A stretch of 64,000 nt of DNA from Mesotaenium endlicherianum (taxonomy: Eukaryota): the NCBI GenBank assembly GCA_009602735.1, contig WELA01003517.1, forward strand, positions 87,141 through 151,140, written 5' to 3'. The position numbers and the translations under genes were made by a program. Shown piece after piece: positions 39,469 through 50,851 of this stretch. The notes under the pieces were generated by a model. That model saw only the letters and a program-made list of their open reading frames with translations, was not told the origin of the DNA and ran no database searches. How positions within the stretch are numbered: position 1 is the first letter of the stretch; every line of letters begins with the position of its first letter.

Positions 39469-40188
39469 TGAAATGAATCGACTTACCAAATAGGCGATTA
39501 ACAATTAATAAAGATCTTTATATCAGCAAGTAATCTTTATGGTACTTTCCGTTAACTGTTTAATGGCAAAAGGACAACGCACTAGCAGTGAATAATACTC
39601 GTCAGTCAAATGAGAGTAAACTAGCATCAATAATGCAAATCAGTAAACTCATACATAAGCAAGGTTAGAAGACAGTGCGTATCAATGGCTTCTCGCCTTG
39701 GATTCAGATCTCTCTCAGTAAGCTGTACAAGAGAGTTGGCCTCGTTTCCGAATGCCGAACTCGAGAGCAATGCCTAGCATATGTACATGGAATGAGTTTA
39801 CTGTTCAACGGTCAGTGCGATGGCACCGCCTACCCGGGAGTTAACCACGTTGGTAGGACCTCGGTTAACCAAATCCACCGCCATCTCCCATCATCCCGAA
39901 TAGCCATCCATCATAGGGATGTCATCTGGCTATTCATCTAGCATATCGCACTTAGATGCATATCAAGGCAGTTCGCTGCTACCGAGTACGGAAGTCAGCT
40001 GGCTGTCAAAGAATGTGTCAGCAAGCTGACTTAAGTTGACTTCAGCCTGCTGCTTTCGGCTGAGTCATTAAACTGATAATTATGTAAAGTCCAGCAGACT
40101 GACTATTAACTAAAGTTCAGCAGGCTGAACTTAATTAACTATTATATTTAAATGAATATTATATCCACTAATATACTGATTCATTACA
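39469..40188 (-). repeat. A3 3' LTR
   Basis: Adjacent to the PPT; matches 47544-48263 with scattered substitutions. Confidence 0.95.
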
Positions 40189-40301
40189 ATCCCTCCAACT
40201 TAACTTGTTGTCGCCTCGACAACATTAAACTGCAGAAATTTTAAATAAGGGAACTGAACCTGACCAGCCTCCCTTACTGACTGCCTCTTCAGCGTGTCAC
40301 C

Positions 40302-41978
40302 TTAAGGGGTTGTTCCTGGGGCTTCAGGGTCAGGAGACGGAGATCTGGACCTAGATCTGGACAGCCCTCTAGGTCTGTCAGCTGGCCTTCTAAAGAACCC
40401 TGTTTGCTCTAAAGTTGGCCCTCGAGGAGAACGGAGGATGGTGGCCTGCTCTTCAACCACTTGGGTGTTGATTCCCACATAGACAGGCATTCCAGTAGGA
40501 TGCTGAAATACATTGGCTAGAGGTACATGCCCCTGAGCGGAGGGGGAGGCTGGCATACCTCTGGCCCACCCGCGTGTCCCTCTTCTGGCACCCCTGTCCT
40601 CTGGGGATTTCTGTCTGTGTCTGCTGCCCAGTACAGTCAGATCAGCTTCTTCCCCTGCTTGGGCAGGTGGGCTGGGGGAGCGAGCGCGGGGTCCAGTTGT
40701 CGCCATAACGGGGATCACATTCCAAACACCTGATCGTGGTTCTTTAGGAAGCGCCCCTGCCTGTCCCTGGGTATCCTGAGTACCTGCTGCTGATGCTTCT
40801 CCTCTGCCTTGTTCTTCTTCCTCATCCTCCTCATCCTCCTCCTCGGAGAGAGTAGGGGTCTCGTCCACTAAGTCGTCCTGCTCCCTAGTAGACATGGAGT
40901 AGTCTACCGACCTCCCTTTCTTAGGGCGCGCTGGAGGTTGCTTGGCCTTCAGCCTACTGATATCTATCCGGCCTGCATTCTTTGCCCATTTGACAAAGGC
41001 ATGCTTTCCCTTAGAGAAGTACTCTCTTCCCCTCCTCCTATGTTCCTTGGTCTCTGCATTCATATTGCTCAGGCATCCATTCAGCCTGGGGTCCCAAGGG
41101 GCAATGTGAGGTGGTAGGATGAGATAGCCGTCTAGGCCATAGTGGAAGTCATCCGGTTGGGCTCGGTCACACTCCTGCTTCTTATTTGTGACGGTCATCC
41201 ACCTCCAGTCTGTTGGCTGCTGGTAGTACTGGGGTCCGTGCTCAGCCTTCCTCAGTTTACACGGGAACCAGTGGGGAGAGAACATCTGCTGTCCTGCTTC
41301 CCTGGCCAAGTACTCCCAGCTCCTTCTCTCAACTTCATTGTAAGCTGGCAGGAGTGTGAGGTAGAATACCGTATCCTTAAAGCTATCGGGCCGCATGCTC
41401 ACCATCCGGATGAGTCTCTGATCTCCCACTATTCCCGGTATGGGGACCGGCTTGTCCTCTGAATCATCTGCGAGATACCGGGCCTGCTCTGCTGTATAGC
41501 CCACCATCTTAGCATAATCTTCGTAAAGGACCACGCCGGTGTGTGTCTCGATGTACCTGTCCAGTGCTGTAGCTCCTTCCTTCTGTAGCAGTGTTGTCTG
41601 TTCCAGCCTGTTGATCTCCTGGGCTGCCAGCAATGCTTCCTTCAGGTTATCGAAGTTTTGGCCACCCACCACAGTATACCTGTAAGTGGCCAAGCTCTTC
41701 TGTCTGTCCGCTTCAATCTTTTTTCTTTTCTCCTCTTCTGCCGCTGCCGCTTCTTCTTGCTGTTTCTTCTGTCTCTCCTCCTCAGCCTTCCTGAGGTTTT
41801 CCGCTTCCTGATCCTTCTTCCTCTGTGCCTCTTCTGCCGCCTCTTGTTGTTTGCGGACCCTTTCTTGTTCTCTCCTGGTGAGGGACGTCGCCGCCAGCTC
41901 CTTCTGGTATTGCTCCATTGTCCTCCTGGCTTCTTCTGCCTTGCGCTTTCTGTCCTCCTTTTGTGTGGTGGGCGCCAT
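40302..41978 (-). CDS. A3 accessory ORF3 (type I), 558 aa, unknown function
   Basis: Uninterrupted ORF with the ATG directly after a splice acceptor. N-terminal charged coiled-coil-like region, aromatic-rich conserved core, acidic tract, Ser/Pro/Arg-rich tail. No obvious transmembrane segment. Confidence 0.85.
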   Translation of the reverse strand: MAPTTQKEDRKRKAEEARRTMEQYQKELAATSLTRREQERVRKQQEAAEEAQRKKDQEAENLRKAEEERQKKQQEEAAAAEEEKRKKIEADRQKSLATYRYTVVGGQNFDNLKEALLAAQEINRLEQTTLLQKEGATALDRYIETHTGVVLYEDYAKMVGYTAEQARYLADDSEDKPVPIPGIVGDQRLIRMVSMRPDSFKDTVFYLTLLPAYNEVERRSWEYLAREAGQQMFSPHWFPCKLRKAEHGPQYYQQPTDWRWMTVTNKKQECDRAQPDDFHYGLDGYLILPPHIAPWDPRLNGCLSNMNAETKEHRRRGREYFSKGKHAFVKWAKNAGRIDISRLKAKQPPARPKKGRSVDYSMSTREQDDLVDETPTLSEEEDEEDEEEEQGRGEASAAGTQDTQGQAGALPKEPRSGVWNVIPVMATTGPRARSPSPPAQAGEEADLTVLGSRHRQKSPEDRGARRGTRGWARGMPASPSAQGHVPLANVFQHPTGMPVYVGINTQVVEEQATILRSPRGPTLEQTGFFRRPADRPRGLSRSRSRSPSPDPEAPGTTP

Positions 41979-42245
41979 CCTGCACATGTAACCAGGGCAC
42001 AAGTTAGTAGGATATGGACCTTTGTCATAGGGATTGCAGGAAGTATGTTAGTATTTAGTATAGTGGCTTCGCTGCTGTTTACCTTACAGGATGATTGCTA
42101 AAAGTTGACGTAGTTGCGATGCGCTACACATAAACGTATGAGTGTGTTTTTATCGCTCTCGCTCACTAACTGTCATATATTTTCCCCTCCAACTTAAATG
42201 GAGACAGGACCGCCTGTCACCTTCCCGTGTCAACTGAAATGACAG

Positions 42246-45200
42246 TTATGGAGGGACTCCAGCGGCCCGAAGGTGGAACCGTGTCAACGCCCCTTTGGCA
42301 TTGGTCAAGTGGTCCTTAAACTCCCAAGTGTCCCCAGAGGCATCGTAACCCTTCCATCGAATGAGGTATTTCATGACATATTTAGACGATCGACGGACCG
42401 AGCGAGCGTCTAAAATCTCATCGACCTCATATTCCTCAGGGTCGCCGTCCCGGACAGCGGGGACCGGTCCCGGTTGGACAGGGAACCGACCTGTGAACAG
42501 TGTATCACCTTTGATGTACGGTTCCAGGAAGGAGACATTAAAGACCGGGTGCCCCTTGTATTCAGCTGACATGTTCAGTTTGTAAGCATTCTGACCGACA
42601 CGACGGACCACCGAATATGGACCGACCCAGACAGGGCCAAGCTTTTTCTTGACCACACCAGGGAGGTACAGGTGCTGAGAATGCAGTTTGACTAAATCCC
42701 CCTTGGAAAATGTCAGTTCCCGACGGTGTTGATTAGCGTATTTTTGTTGGTTTTCTTGGGCCGTGTGCAAGTTTCGTTGGACTTCTGACAGGGTGTCAGC
42801 AAACTCCTGAGTTAACTGGAGGGAGACCGGGTTGTCAATCCCTTCAGGGTGAGTTAAAGATTCCCCTAGCACATCTAGAGGAGACTTAGGGACTCTACCC
42901 AGGCTGAGTTCAAAAGGAGTTTTGCCCGTTGACGCGTGCACCGCACTGTTGACCGCAAACTGAATTTGAGGCAACAGGTCATCCCAATTATCTTGTTTTT
43001 GGTTAATATATGCTCTCAGCACCTCCTGCAGAACTCGGTTAGTTCTTTCAGTCTGCCCATCAGTCTGAGGGTGGTTTGCTGTGCTGAGCAGCTGTTTGAC
43101 TCCCATTAACCCCATTAAAGCTCTCCAGAACTTAGAGGTGAATTTTGAGTCTCTGTCTGAGATGATATTAGAAGGGAGCCCATGTTGGCATACTACATGG
43201 TTGTAAAACTGTCTCGCTGTTTCGAGTGCAGTCACTTTGACAGTTGTGGGGATAAAAATGACCATTTTTGTCAGTTTATCCACGACTACCAGTATTGAAT
43301 CATGCCCGTTGGCAGTTCTTGGTAGTGAGACCACCCAGTCCATGGATATAGTTTCCCAGCGTCCCGCTGGGATGGGTAGCGGTTGCAAGAGACCTCCGGG
43401 TGGTGTGTGCCGAGACTTATTTCTCTGACACTGGTCACAGGACTTGACATATTTCAAGACCTCCCGGGGTAACCCCTCCCAATGATAATGTTTTGCCAGT
43501 TTGCCAACAGTTTTGGCCTGCCCCAAATGTCCACCCAGGAGACTGTCATGAGCTTGACTCAGTAAGAGAGACCTTATTTCCAAGTTATTAGGAATGACCA
43601 GCTTCAGCCTGCCTGAAGTGGTTTCAGTCACCCAGACCCCTCCCTTGAGCTTATACCCGAGTGCAGTAGCACGACACACACCAGTAGTGGGGCTGGGCTC
43701 AAATGTTGGGTCAGAAAGGTAGGCTTTCCTAAGTTGTTCAAGGAAGGACTTTTTCACCTTTAGTGAAGTGAGTGCACACAGGACTTTATCTACAGCATGC
43801 TGACTAAAGTTCCTTTCTTGCAAGTCAGGTCTTCTAGAGAGTGCATCAGCAGGATTCAACTTCCCTGGTTTGTAGTCGATCTGGACTTGGAACTGCTCCA
43901 GCATCTGGCTCCAGCGGTTCTCCCTCCTCGACAGCTTGGACTTCTTCTGAAAGTGGGTCAGAGCTAGATGATCTGTAATCACCTTAAAAGCTTTACCATG
44001 TAAGTATGCTCTCCACTGTTTGAGTACATGAATGATAGCTAGCAGCTCTTTATCATGCACTGAGTAATTAATCTCCGCTGGATTAAATTTCATAGACTCA
44101 TACAACACAGGATGCCACTCCTGCCGTACCTTACCATCCTTTGTGGTTTTGTCAGCAGGCTGCAACAAAATAGCACCCATGGCAAAATCAGAGGCATCAG
44201 TAACCACCTGCACCGGTTTGCTGGGGTCATACACGGCTAGCACTGGGGCAGAACAAAGGGCATCTTTAAGGGTCTGGAAGGCAGCCTGCTGCTCTTCCCC
44301 CCACACATACCCGATGTCTTTCTTAGTAAGGTCAGTCAGTTTACTGGCCTTTGTGGAATAATTCTCAATAAATCTCCTATAGTAGTTAGCCAACCCGAGG
44401 AAGGATCTAACTTCAGAGACAGACTGTGGTACTGGCCAGTCCCTTATGGTCTGGACTTTCTTAGGATCCACACTGATGCCCTCTTTACTGACAACGTGGC
44501 CTAAGAATTCAATACTTTCCTTAAAGAAATCACACTTGCTCATTTTAGCATACAAGTGATTTTTCCGCAGAGTGTCCAGCACTTTCTTTAAGTGTTCAGT
44601 GTGCTGAGCTTCATCTTTAGAGAAAATTAAAATATCATCCAGGAAAACTTGCACAAACTTATCCAAATAAGGTCTGAAAATGTCATTCATAGCACCCATA
44701 AAGGTAGCAGGAGCATTAGTCAGTCCAAATGGCATCACGTTGAACTCATAGTGTCCATAACGTGTGCGGAAAGCAGTCTTGTGTTCATCCCCCTCAGCAA
44801 TTCTGATTTGATGATAACCACTCTTGAGATCTATCTTACTGAACACCTTAGCGCCAGACAGGGTATCAAGCAAGTCCTCGATTCTGGGTAAAGCATACTT
44901 GTTCTTTACTGTAATTCTGTTCAGGGCTCTGTAATCCACACACATCCGCATACTGCCATCCTTTTTCTTAACAAATAGGATAGGTGCGCCGTACGGTGAT
45001 TTACTGGGAGAAATGTAACCATTTTCCTCCAGCTCTGCAATCTGTGTTTTCAACTCCTCGCTCTCCAAATAAGACAAGCCATAAGTGCGTTGCCAGGGTG
45101 GCTGGCTACCAGGTAATAGATCAATCCTATGATCTACTTCCCTTTTAGGGGGTAGTCCTGGAGGCATGTTAAACACATCAGTGTACTGAGCAACAATTTT

Positions 45201-46055
45201 TGCAGCAGTAGGGTGCTCCGGAGGGCTTACCTTTTTCTCAACCACTTCTTCAGGTTGAGGAGGTACCTCTCTTAGCAGCAGACAGAACATTCTGTCTTCC
45301 TTCTGGTTCCAGCTTTTGACGAACTCCATTGCATTCAGCAACTTGCATCCTTCTGGAAGCCTCTTCTTTTCCTTCATTTGCCATCCACACAGGACAAGAG
45401 GAAGAGCACTGGTGGGTGCCAAGTCAGTCTGCCCATCACTGGCTCCTCTCACTTTAACTGTACCTCTGCTCCAACACACTTCAGCTTGATGTCTATTAAG
45501 CCAGGACCTGCCTAGCACGAGATCATAAAAGCCAGTGTTGAGTACCTCAAATGTAAGCGTTTCAGTTAGAACTGCAATGCCAGAACCTAACTGGACCTCA
45601 ATAGGCTTGGTTATAACTCCTCCCGGGATACTTGAGGCATCTCCAAGGAATATTTTTCTATTCCCTTGGGTGACAGTAGGCAGCCTTAGCCGCTTAACTA
45701 AGTCCTTGTGGATAAAAGTATGTGACGCCCCTCCGTCAACAAATGCCCTCACCTTCCTACCTGCAATCATGCAATGCAGTAGGATAGGGGGGACTGTCTT
45801 TTCCTGACTTTCGCATTGTTCTCCTGACGTAGCAAAGAAATGTTGGACATCAGGTGGAACAAGAGCATCCAGAGTGTGCACTCTCTGGACGTCTATATTA
45901 CTGATGGTCTCCTTTATCTGTTTGTCAGGCATGCATAGTGAATCCAGTTCAGCAGGACCCATAATACCTGCTACGAGGGCAGCTAGTGACGACTCACTAT
46001 CTCTAGCATCCTCACAGTCAGTAGACTGGATTACTGACTGTTGCTGTCTTTTAAA
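42246..46055 (-). CDS. pol: A3 Pol (PR-RT-RH-IN-chromodomain), intact, probably reached by -1 frameshift from gag
   Basis: 1238-aa ORF, open upstream to the slippery site at 46049-46055. Catalytic motifs and a chromodomain ([25 protein letters not shown]) are present. Confidence 0.95.
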   Translation of the reverse strand, partial: FKRQQQSVIQSTDCEDARDSESSLAALVAGIMGPAELDSLCMPDKQIKETISNIDVQRVHTLDALVPPDVQHFFATSGEQCESQEKTVPPILLHCMIAGRKVRAFVDGGASHTFIHKDLVKRLRLPTVTQGNRKIFLGDASSIPGGVITKPIEVQLGSGIAVLTETLTFEVLNTGFYDLVLGRSWLNRHQAEVCWSRGTVKVRGASDGQTDLAPTSALPLVLCGWQMKEKKRLPEGCKLLNAMEFVKSWNQKEDRMFCLLLREVPPQPEEVVEKKVSPPEHPTAAKIVAQYTDVFNMPPGLPPKREVDHRIDLLPGSQPPWQRTYGLSYLESEELKTQIAELEENGYISPSKSPYGAPILFVKKKDGSMRMCVDYRALNRITVKNKYALPRIEDLLDTLSGAKVFSKIDLKSGYHQIRIAEGDEHKTAFRTRYGHYEFNVMPFGLTNAPATFMGAMNDIFRPYLDKFVQVFLDDILIFSKDEAQHTEHLKKVLDTLRKNHLYAKMSKCDFFKESIEFLGHVVSKEGISVDPKKVQTIRDWPVPQSVSEVRSFLGLANYYRRFIENYSTKASKLTDLTKKDIGYVWGEEQQAAFQTLKDALCSAPVLAVYDPSKPVQVVTDASDFAMGAILLQPADKTTKDGKVRQEWHPVLYESMKFNPAEINYSVHDKELLAIIHVLKQWRAYLHGKAFKVITDHLALTHFQKKSKLSRRENRWSQMLEQFQVQIDYKPGKLNPADALSRRPDLQERNFSQHAVDKVLCALTSLKVKKSFLEQLRKAYLSDPTFEPSPTTGVCRATALGYKLKGGVWVTETTSGRLKLVIPNNLEIRSLLLSQAHDSLLGGHLGQAKTVGKLAKHYHWEGLPREVLKYVKSCDQCQRNKSRHTPPGGLLQPLPIPAGRWETISMDWVVSLPRTANGHDSILVVVDKLTKMVIFIPTTVKVTALETARQFYNHVVCQHGLPSNIISDRDSKFTSKFWRALMGLMGVKQLLSTANHPQTDGQTERTNRVLQEVLRAYINQKQDNWDDLLPQIQFAVNSAVHASTGKTPFELSLGRVPKSPLDVLGESLTHPEGIDNPVSLQLTQEFADTLSEVQRNLHTAQENQQKYANQHRRELTFSKGDLVKLHSQHLYLPGVVKKKLGPVWVGPYSVVRRVGQNAYKLNMSAEYKGHPVFNVSFLEPYIKGDTLFTGRFPVQPGPVPAVRDGDPEEYEVDEILDARSVRRSSKYVMKYLIRWKGYDASGDTWEFKDHLTNAKGALTRFHLRAAGVPP

Positions 46056-47509
46056 GGCTGGTCTTTTCTCTCGACCTTAGGCAGGTGCTTGACCGGACAC
46101 TGTTCTCTGTAGTGGCCTTTCTGCTGACAATGGTAGCAAGTAGATTTTGCTGAGGCTGGTCTCGGCTTAGTCCTACCACCACCCCTTCCATAGCCACCTC
46201 GAGAGGGACCACCTCTACCTCTAGACTGAATAGCATTGTACTCATACTCATATTCATCACCCTGATTATCCTCAGCCTGGTCTCCTTCAACTGCATTGTA
46301 GGAACCGTGGGGCTTTTTGACAATCTTAGACACCAAAGCGTTACTCTGGCGCTTGTGATTGAACTGCTGCTGATCCCAGGCGTCAGCATCCTGGATCAAG
46401 TCAGCCAGTTTCTCATACTTTTTCTCAGCAAAATGACCAGAGACCTCGGATTTCAAGCCATACCTGAAGTATGCTATCCTATACCGTTCTGGCAAATCAG
46501 GCTGCTTCATCATGTTCTCTTGGAACTTTTGAGCAAACTCAGCAACTGAAGTGGTCTGCTTCAGTGTCAGGGAGATCATCGCATAGATAGCTTTCTCCTG
46601 CTGGTTGATGACATCAAACTTCTCATGCAACTTCTCGACAAACTCTACCCACGTAGGGTCACCGAGTTGCCGAGCCTTACGCTCTTCCTTCCAGTAAAGC
46701 CACCAGTCTGCGGCACTGCCTTTCAGTAGCGCACCGGTGTGCCTGACCTTCTCGTAATCTTGCAGTTCTGGGTAGTTCTCCAGCCACTGCTCAACATCCG
46801 CGAGAAACTTGATCAGGTAATATTTTCTGTTTCCCTCAGGATCATAGTCCTGGGGAGGTTTCGGCTTGGGCTTACTAGGCCCTCGGCCACCACCACTAGT
46901 GGTGTGAGACCCCAGTTGGTCTCTGTCCCGGAGTAGGGACATTATGATTCTTTTGTCCTCCTGCTGGGACTGATACATGGTCGCCATTTGCGACTGCATC
47001 TGAACGAACAATGCTCCCAAGTCTACATTTTGGGGTGGTAGATTAGCAAATGCAGCAGCAGCATTGGCATCTACTCGCTGAGTAGTGTCCTCAACAATCC
47101 CTCTTGCTCCTGCAGCAGCAATTCCTGCCGCATTCAGCCGGTCACGTATTTGACCTAGGGGTACATTGAGTTGTACGGCAGGAGGTGGGTTCAGAACATT
47201 GGCCCTTGATGCCATAAGTTCTTCAACAGTGCGCTCGTCAGCTGGCTGTCCTTCCCTCCTTTGTATATCTTCAGCGGCCTTTGCTACTTGTTCAGCTTCT
47301 AGTCTGGCTATCTCCTCCTCAGCTTGCTGAGCTGCGACTGAGGCAATAGCAGCTGCCTCATCTGCAGCCTCCCTAGCTGCAGTATCCGCTACTGCTTCCG
47401 AATAGGTACGGTTTCCCGCTACATGGCTTTCCGCCTGGTTTTCGACATTCTCGTTATCCTGGTTCTCCATGTCTCGGGAGTTGCTAGTTTGAGACCTTGT
47501 CCTTACCAT
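46031..47509 (-). CDS. gag: A3 Gag (492 aa)
   Basis: Nearly identical to A2 Gag; CCHC knuckle present. Confidence 0.94.
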   Translation of the reverse strand: MVRTRSQTSNSRDMENQDNENVENQAESHVAGNRTYSEAVADTAAREAADEAAAIASVAAQQAEEEIARLEAEQVAKAAEDIQRREGQPADERTVEELMASRANVLNPPPAVQLNVPLGQIRDRLNAAGIAAAGARGIVEDTTQRVDANAAAAFANLPPQNVDLGALFVQMQSQMATMYQSQQEDKRIIMSLLRDRDQLGSHTTSGGGRGPSKPKPKPPQDYDPEGNRKYYLIKFLADVEQWLENYPELQDYEKVRHTGALLKGSAADWWLYWKEERKARQLGDPTWVEFVEKLHEKFDVINQQEKAIYAMISLTLKQTTSVAEFAQKFQENMMKQPDLPERYRIAYFRYGLKSEVSGHFAEKKYEKLADLIQDADAWDQQQFNHKRQSNALVSKIVKKPHGSYNAVEGDQAEDNQGDEYEYEYNAIQSRGRGGPSRGGYGRGGGRTKPRPASAKSTCYHCQQKGHYREQCPVKHLPKVERKDQPLKDSNSQ

Positions 47510-47543
47510 ACAAAGAAGACTGTGATAACTGCTCCGATACCAC

Positions 47544-48263
47544 TGAAATGAATCGACTTACCAAATAGGCGATTAACAATTAATAAAGATCTTTATATCA
47601 GCAAGTAATCTTTATGGTATTTTCCGTTAACTGGTTAAACGGCAAAGGACAACACACTAGCAGTGAATAATACTCGTAAGTCAAATGCGAGTAAACTAGC
47701 ATCAATAATGCAAATCAGTAAACTCATACATAAGCAAGGTTAGAAGACAGTGCGTATCAATGGCTTCTCGCCTTGGATTCAGATCTCTCTCAGTAAGCTG
47801 TACAAGAGAGTTGGCCTCGTTTCCGAATGCCGAACTCGAGAGCAATGCCTAGCATATGTACATGGAATGAGTTTACTGTTCAACGGTCAGTGCGATGGCA
47901 CCGCCTACCCGGGAGTTAACCACGTTGGTAGGACCTCGGTTAACCAAATCCACCGCCATCTCCCATCATCCCGAATAGCCATCCATCATGGGGATGTCAT
48001 CTGGCCATTCATCTAGCAGGTCGTACTTAGATGCATATCAAGGCAGTTCGCTGCTACCGAGCACGGAAGTCAGCTGGCTGTCAAAGAATGTGTCAACAAG
48101 CTGACTTAAGTTGACTTCAGCCTGCTGCTTTCGGCCGAGTCATTGAACTGATAATTATGTAAAGTCCAGCAGACTGATTATTAACTAAAGTTCAGCAGGC
48201 TGAACTTAATTAACAATTAGATTTAAATGAATATTATATCCACTAATATACTGATTCATTACA
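47544..48263 (-). repeat. A3 5' LTR
   Basis: Adjacent to PBS TGGTATCGGAGC on the minus strand. Confidence 0.95.
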
Positions 48264-49071
48264 GTCGACCCTTGTTGCCAATGCCATCATTTCTCCAAGA
48301 CTGGTAGGGTCCTTCAGCGCCACTTCCTTGGCCACAGTTGGCTTGAGTCCCCTCTTGAACTTGTCCATCATCTCCGACTCGTGCATGGATGGACATTGAA
48401 GCACCAGCTCGTTGAAGCGCGATACATACTCCTCTATGCTTCCTCGTTGACGAAGGCGCACCAATAGATTTCGTGCGGTAGCCTCGGGTGCAATAGGTTG
48501 AAATTGCCTCTTCAAGCAGAGCTGATCAACAGTAGCAGGAATTCCAGACAGCTGCTCCTCTCGTTCATACCAAGCTCCAGCACTCTTCTGCAACAAAGTT
48601 ATGACAAAGGCGACTTGCCTGTCGGGCGTGAGCGCAGAATACTCCATAAACTTCTTCACTCCAAAAATCTATTGATGAACAGGCGGCGATCCACGCTCTC
48701 CAGTGTACACTTCAGGCTTAGGCACACGCACTCTCGATGCGGGTGGAATAACTGGTTGCACCACTGGGTTAACATGAATTGGTGGTACAACGGGTGCAGG
48801 TGCCGAATTCGTCGAAGCAGCATTCCCAATAACAACTCGCACCATTCTCTCCACTTCCGCGCGCATATTTTGTTGGAATGGGGCGTAGACTTCTCCTCCA
48901 ATTGCATTCGCCATTTGCCTTAGCATCGCCTGCATCTCCTGTTGCTCTCTAGTCATTGTTGGTGCTGCCTGCTGCCCCGCGCGCTCGACATGCTCGACAT
49001 GTTCGCCTCCTCCAGCTGCCGGCTGCGACTCCATAATATAATATGCAAACTAGCCCAGCTCTGATACCAAA

Positions 49072-49815
49072 TGAAAGGGGCAGAGTGCCCTAGTGGAAGC
49101 GTAGTGACTCACGAGGAACAAAGCTAGCTGCAATCATACTCAAGAGTGCAGCGGCATATTGCTAAGAAAGCTTAGGAAAATTATTTGACATTTTGAGTGG
49201 CAAGAAACTGCTCACAAATGATGAAGGATGAAAGGTCTTGTCATTACAAACCCGTAGAAATTTACAGAAGTGAAAACTGATAAGAAACAAAGAAGTTATG
49301 CCTATTTATAATTTTCTGCCTAAATGCTCCTCTCTAGAAGGAAGCTACGGATTTTCCCAAGTGTTCGTCAAATCGTCCCTTTCAGAATATTCGTGAGTAA
49401 GCCAGATCAGTCTAATCTGACGTGGCGGGCCAAATTGACGTCCACCTACATGCCTCGACATTACTAGAATATTCTATCTTAGACGCGCTAGGCTAAACCG
49501 AAACTTCTAGGTAAATCGACCTAGTCGGCACTCCGCGTCAGCCGAACTTACGTGAAGGTTCGAGTTCATTCTAACGGGCCAGATCGCTCGACGTTGTCGG
49601 TTAATTCGACGGTCGCGCTCACCGCGAATTAAGGACAGTCGTCAACCGACCTCAAAACTAATTAAATTTTGAAAATCCGTAACTCTCTGAATACTTGACC
49701 AAATTCGATGAACTTTATATCAAAATGACCAAAAAAATGCACTCTATACTATTATATAAACAAAACACACTTCCATGAAACTCAAAAATGCACTTTATAA
49801 ACCTATGACCTTACA
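49072..49815 (-). repeat. Family B 5' LTR (~744 bp)
   Basis: TGTAAGG...TTTCA on the minus strand, followed by the PBS. Confidence 0.9.
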
Positions 49816-50137
49816 AGAAGGCCAGCTGACAGACCTCGAGGGTTGTCCAGATCTAGGTCCAGATCTCAGTCCCCTGATCCTGGAGCCCTAGGAACAACCC
49901 CCTAAACATCAAAACTATCCTCCAGTCAAGCCTTGCTGGAGGTCTCTCTGTTTGCACCCCACAACGGAAGTGGACTGAGGGTGGAGGTGACAATTCACCG
50001 TCATTAGTGATCCCCACAGCTAGGCAACAGTGTTGAAGCAAGAGGCAGGCGGTGGAGGGGTAGTTCTGTTAGTTCCCTGACCAGATAATTTTATAGTTTA
50101 ATGATGTCGAGGCGACAACAATTTAAGTTGGAGGGAT

Positions 50138-50851
50138 TGTAATGAATCAGTATATTGGTAGATATAATACTCATTTATAGTAGTTAATTAAGTTCAGCTT
50201 GCTGAACTATAGTTAACATTCAGTCTGCTTGACTTTATATAATTATCAGTTAAATGACTCAGCCGAGAGCAGCAGGCTGAAGTCAATTTAGGTCAGCTTG
50301 CTAACACATTCTTTGACAGCCAGCTGACTTCCGTACTCGGTGGCAGCGAACTGCCTAGATATGCATCTAAGTGTGATATGCTAGATGAATGACCAAATGA
50401 CATGCTTGGGATGGATGGCGATTTGGGATGATGGGAGACGGCGGTGGATTTGGTTAATCGAGGTCCTACCAACGTGCTTAACTCCCGGGTAGGCGGTGCC
50501 ATCGCACTTGCCGTTGAACAGTAAACTCATTCCATGTACATAGGCTAAACATTGCTCTCGAGTTCGGCATTCGAAAACAAGGCCAACTTTCTTGTACTGC
50601 TTACTGGGAGATATCTGAATCCAAGGCGAGAAGCCATTGATACGCATTGTCTTCTAGCTTTGCTTATGTATGAGTTTACTGATTGCATTATTGATGCGAG
50701 TTTACTTGCATTTGACTTGCGAGTATTGTCCACTGCTAGTGTGTTGTCTTTTGCTGATTAATCAGTTAACAGAAAATACCATAAAGATTACTTGCTGATA
50801 TAAAGATCTTCATTAATTGTTAATCGCTTATTGGTAAGTTGATTCATTTTA
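50138..50851 (+). repeat. A1 3' LTR
   Basis: Follows the PPT; terminal CA mutated to TA; followed by TSD TCCAC. Confidence 0.93.

Larger units (their letters stand above)
39469..48263 (-). mobile_element. Ty3/gypsy chromovirus, family A, copy A3; all three ORFs intact
   Basis: 720-bp LTRs 47544-48263 (5') and 39469-40188 (3'). TSD GTCGA at 39464-39468 and 48264-48268. PBS at 47531-47542. PPT at 40189-40201. Confidence 0.96.
39209..49034 (-). pseudogene. gag: Family B gag, split by A3 (pieces 49034-48264 and 39463-39209)
   Basis: PKPEVYTG, LRQRGSIEEYVSRF..FKRGLKP, PVPMELG and CYNCGKLGHMARDC motifs. Confidence 0.88.
35235..49815 (-). mobile_element. Ty3/gypsy chromovirus, family B (degenerate; hosts A3)
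   Basis: 5' LTR 49072-49815, PBS TGGTATCAGAGC (49058-49069, minus), PPT GAGGAGGGGGATGA adjacent to 35600, truncated 3' LTR ~35235-35600. The left TSD copy is lost; the right flank is AGAAG. Confidence 0.9.
18338..50851 (+). mobile_element. Ty3/gypsy chromovirus, family A, copy A1 (degenerate; hosts A2 and B)
   Basis: LTRs 18338-19054 and 50138-50851. TSD TCCAC at 18333-18337 and 50852-50856. PBS TGGTATTGGAGC at 19056. PPT AAGTTGGAGGGAT at 50125-50137. Confidence 0.93.

Noticed and set aside
39675..39941. 88-aa antisense ORF (MRINGFSPW..) recurring in family-A LTRs
   Set aside because: Recurrence is explained by LTR identity. The start is GTG in most copies, one copy is frameshifted, and I see no recognisable motif.
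40302..41978. ORF3 as an envelope (env) gene
   Set aside because: It has an env-like position but no signal peptide or hydrophobic TM stretch, and is highly charged throughout.
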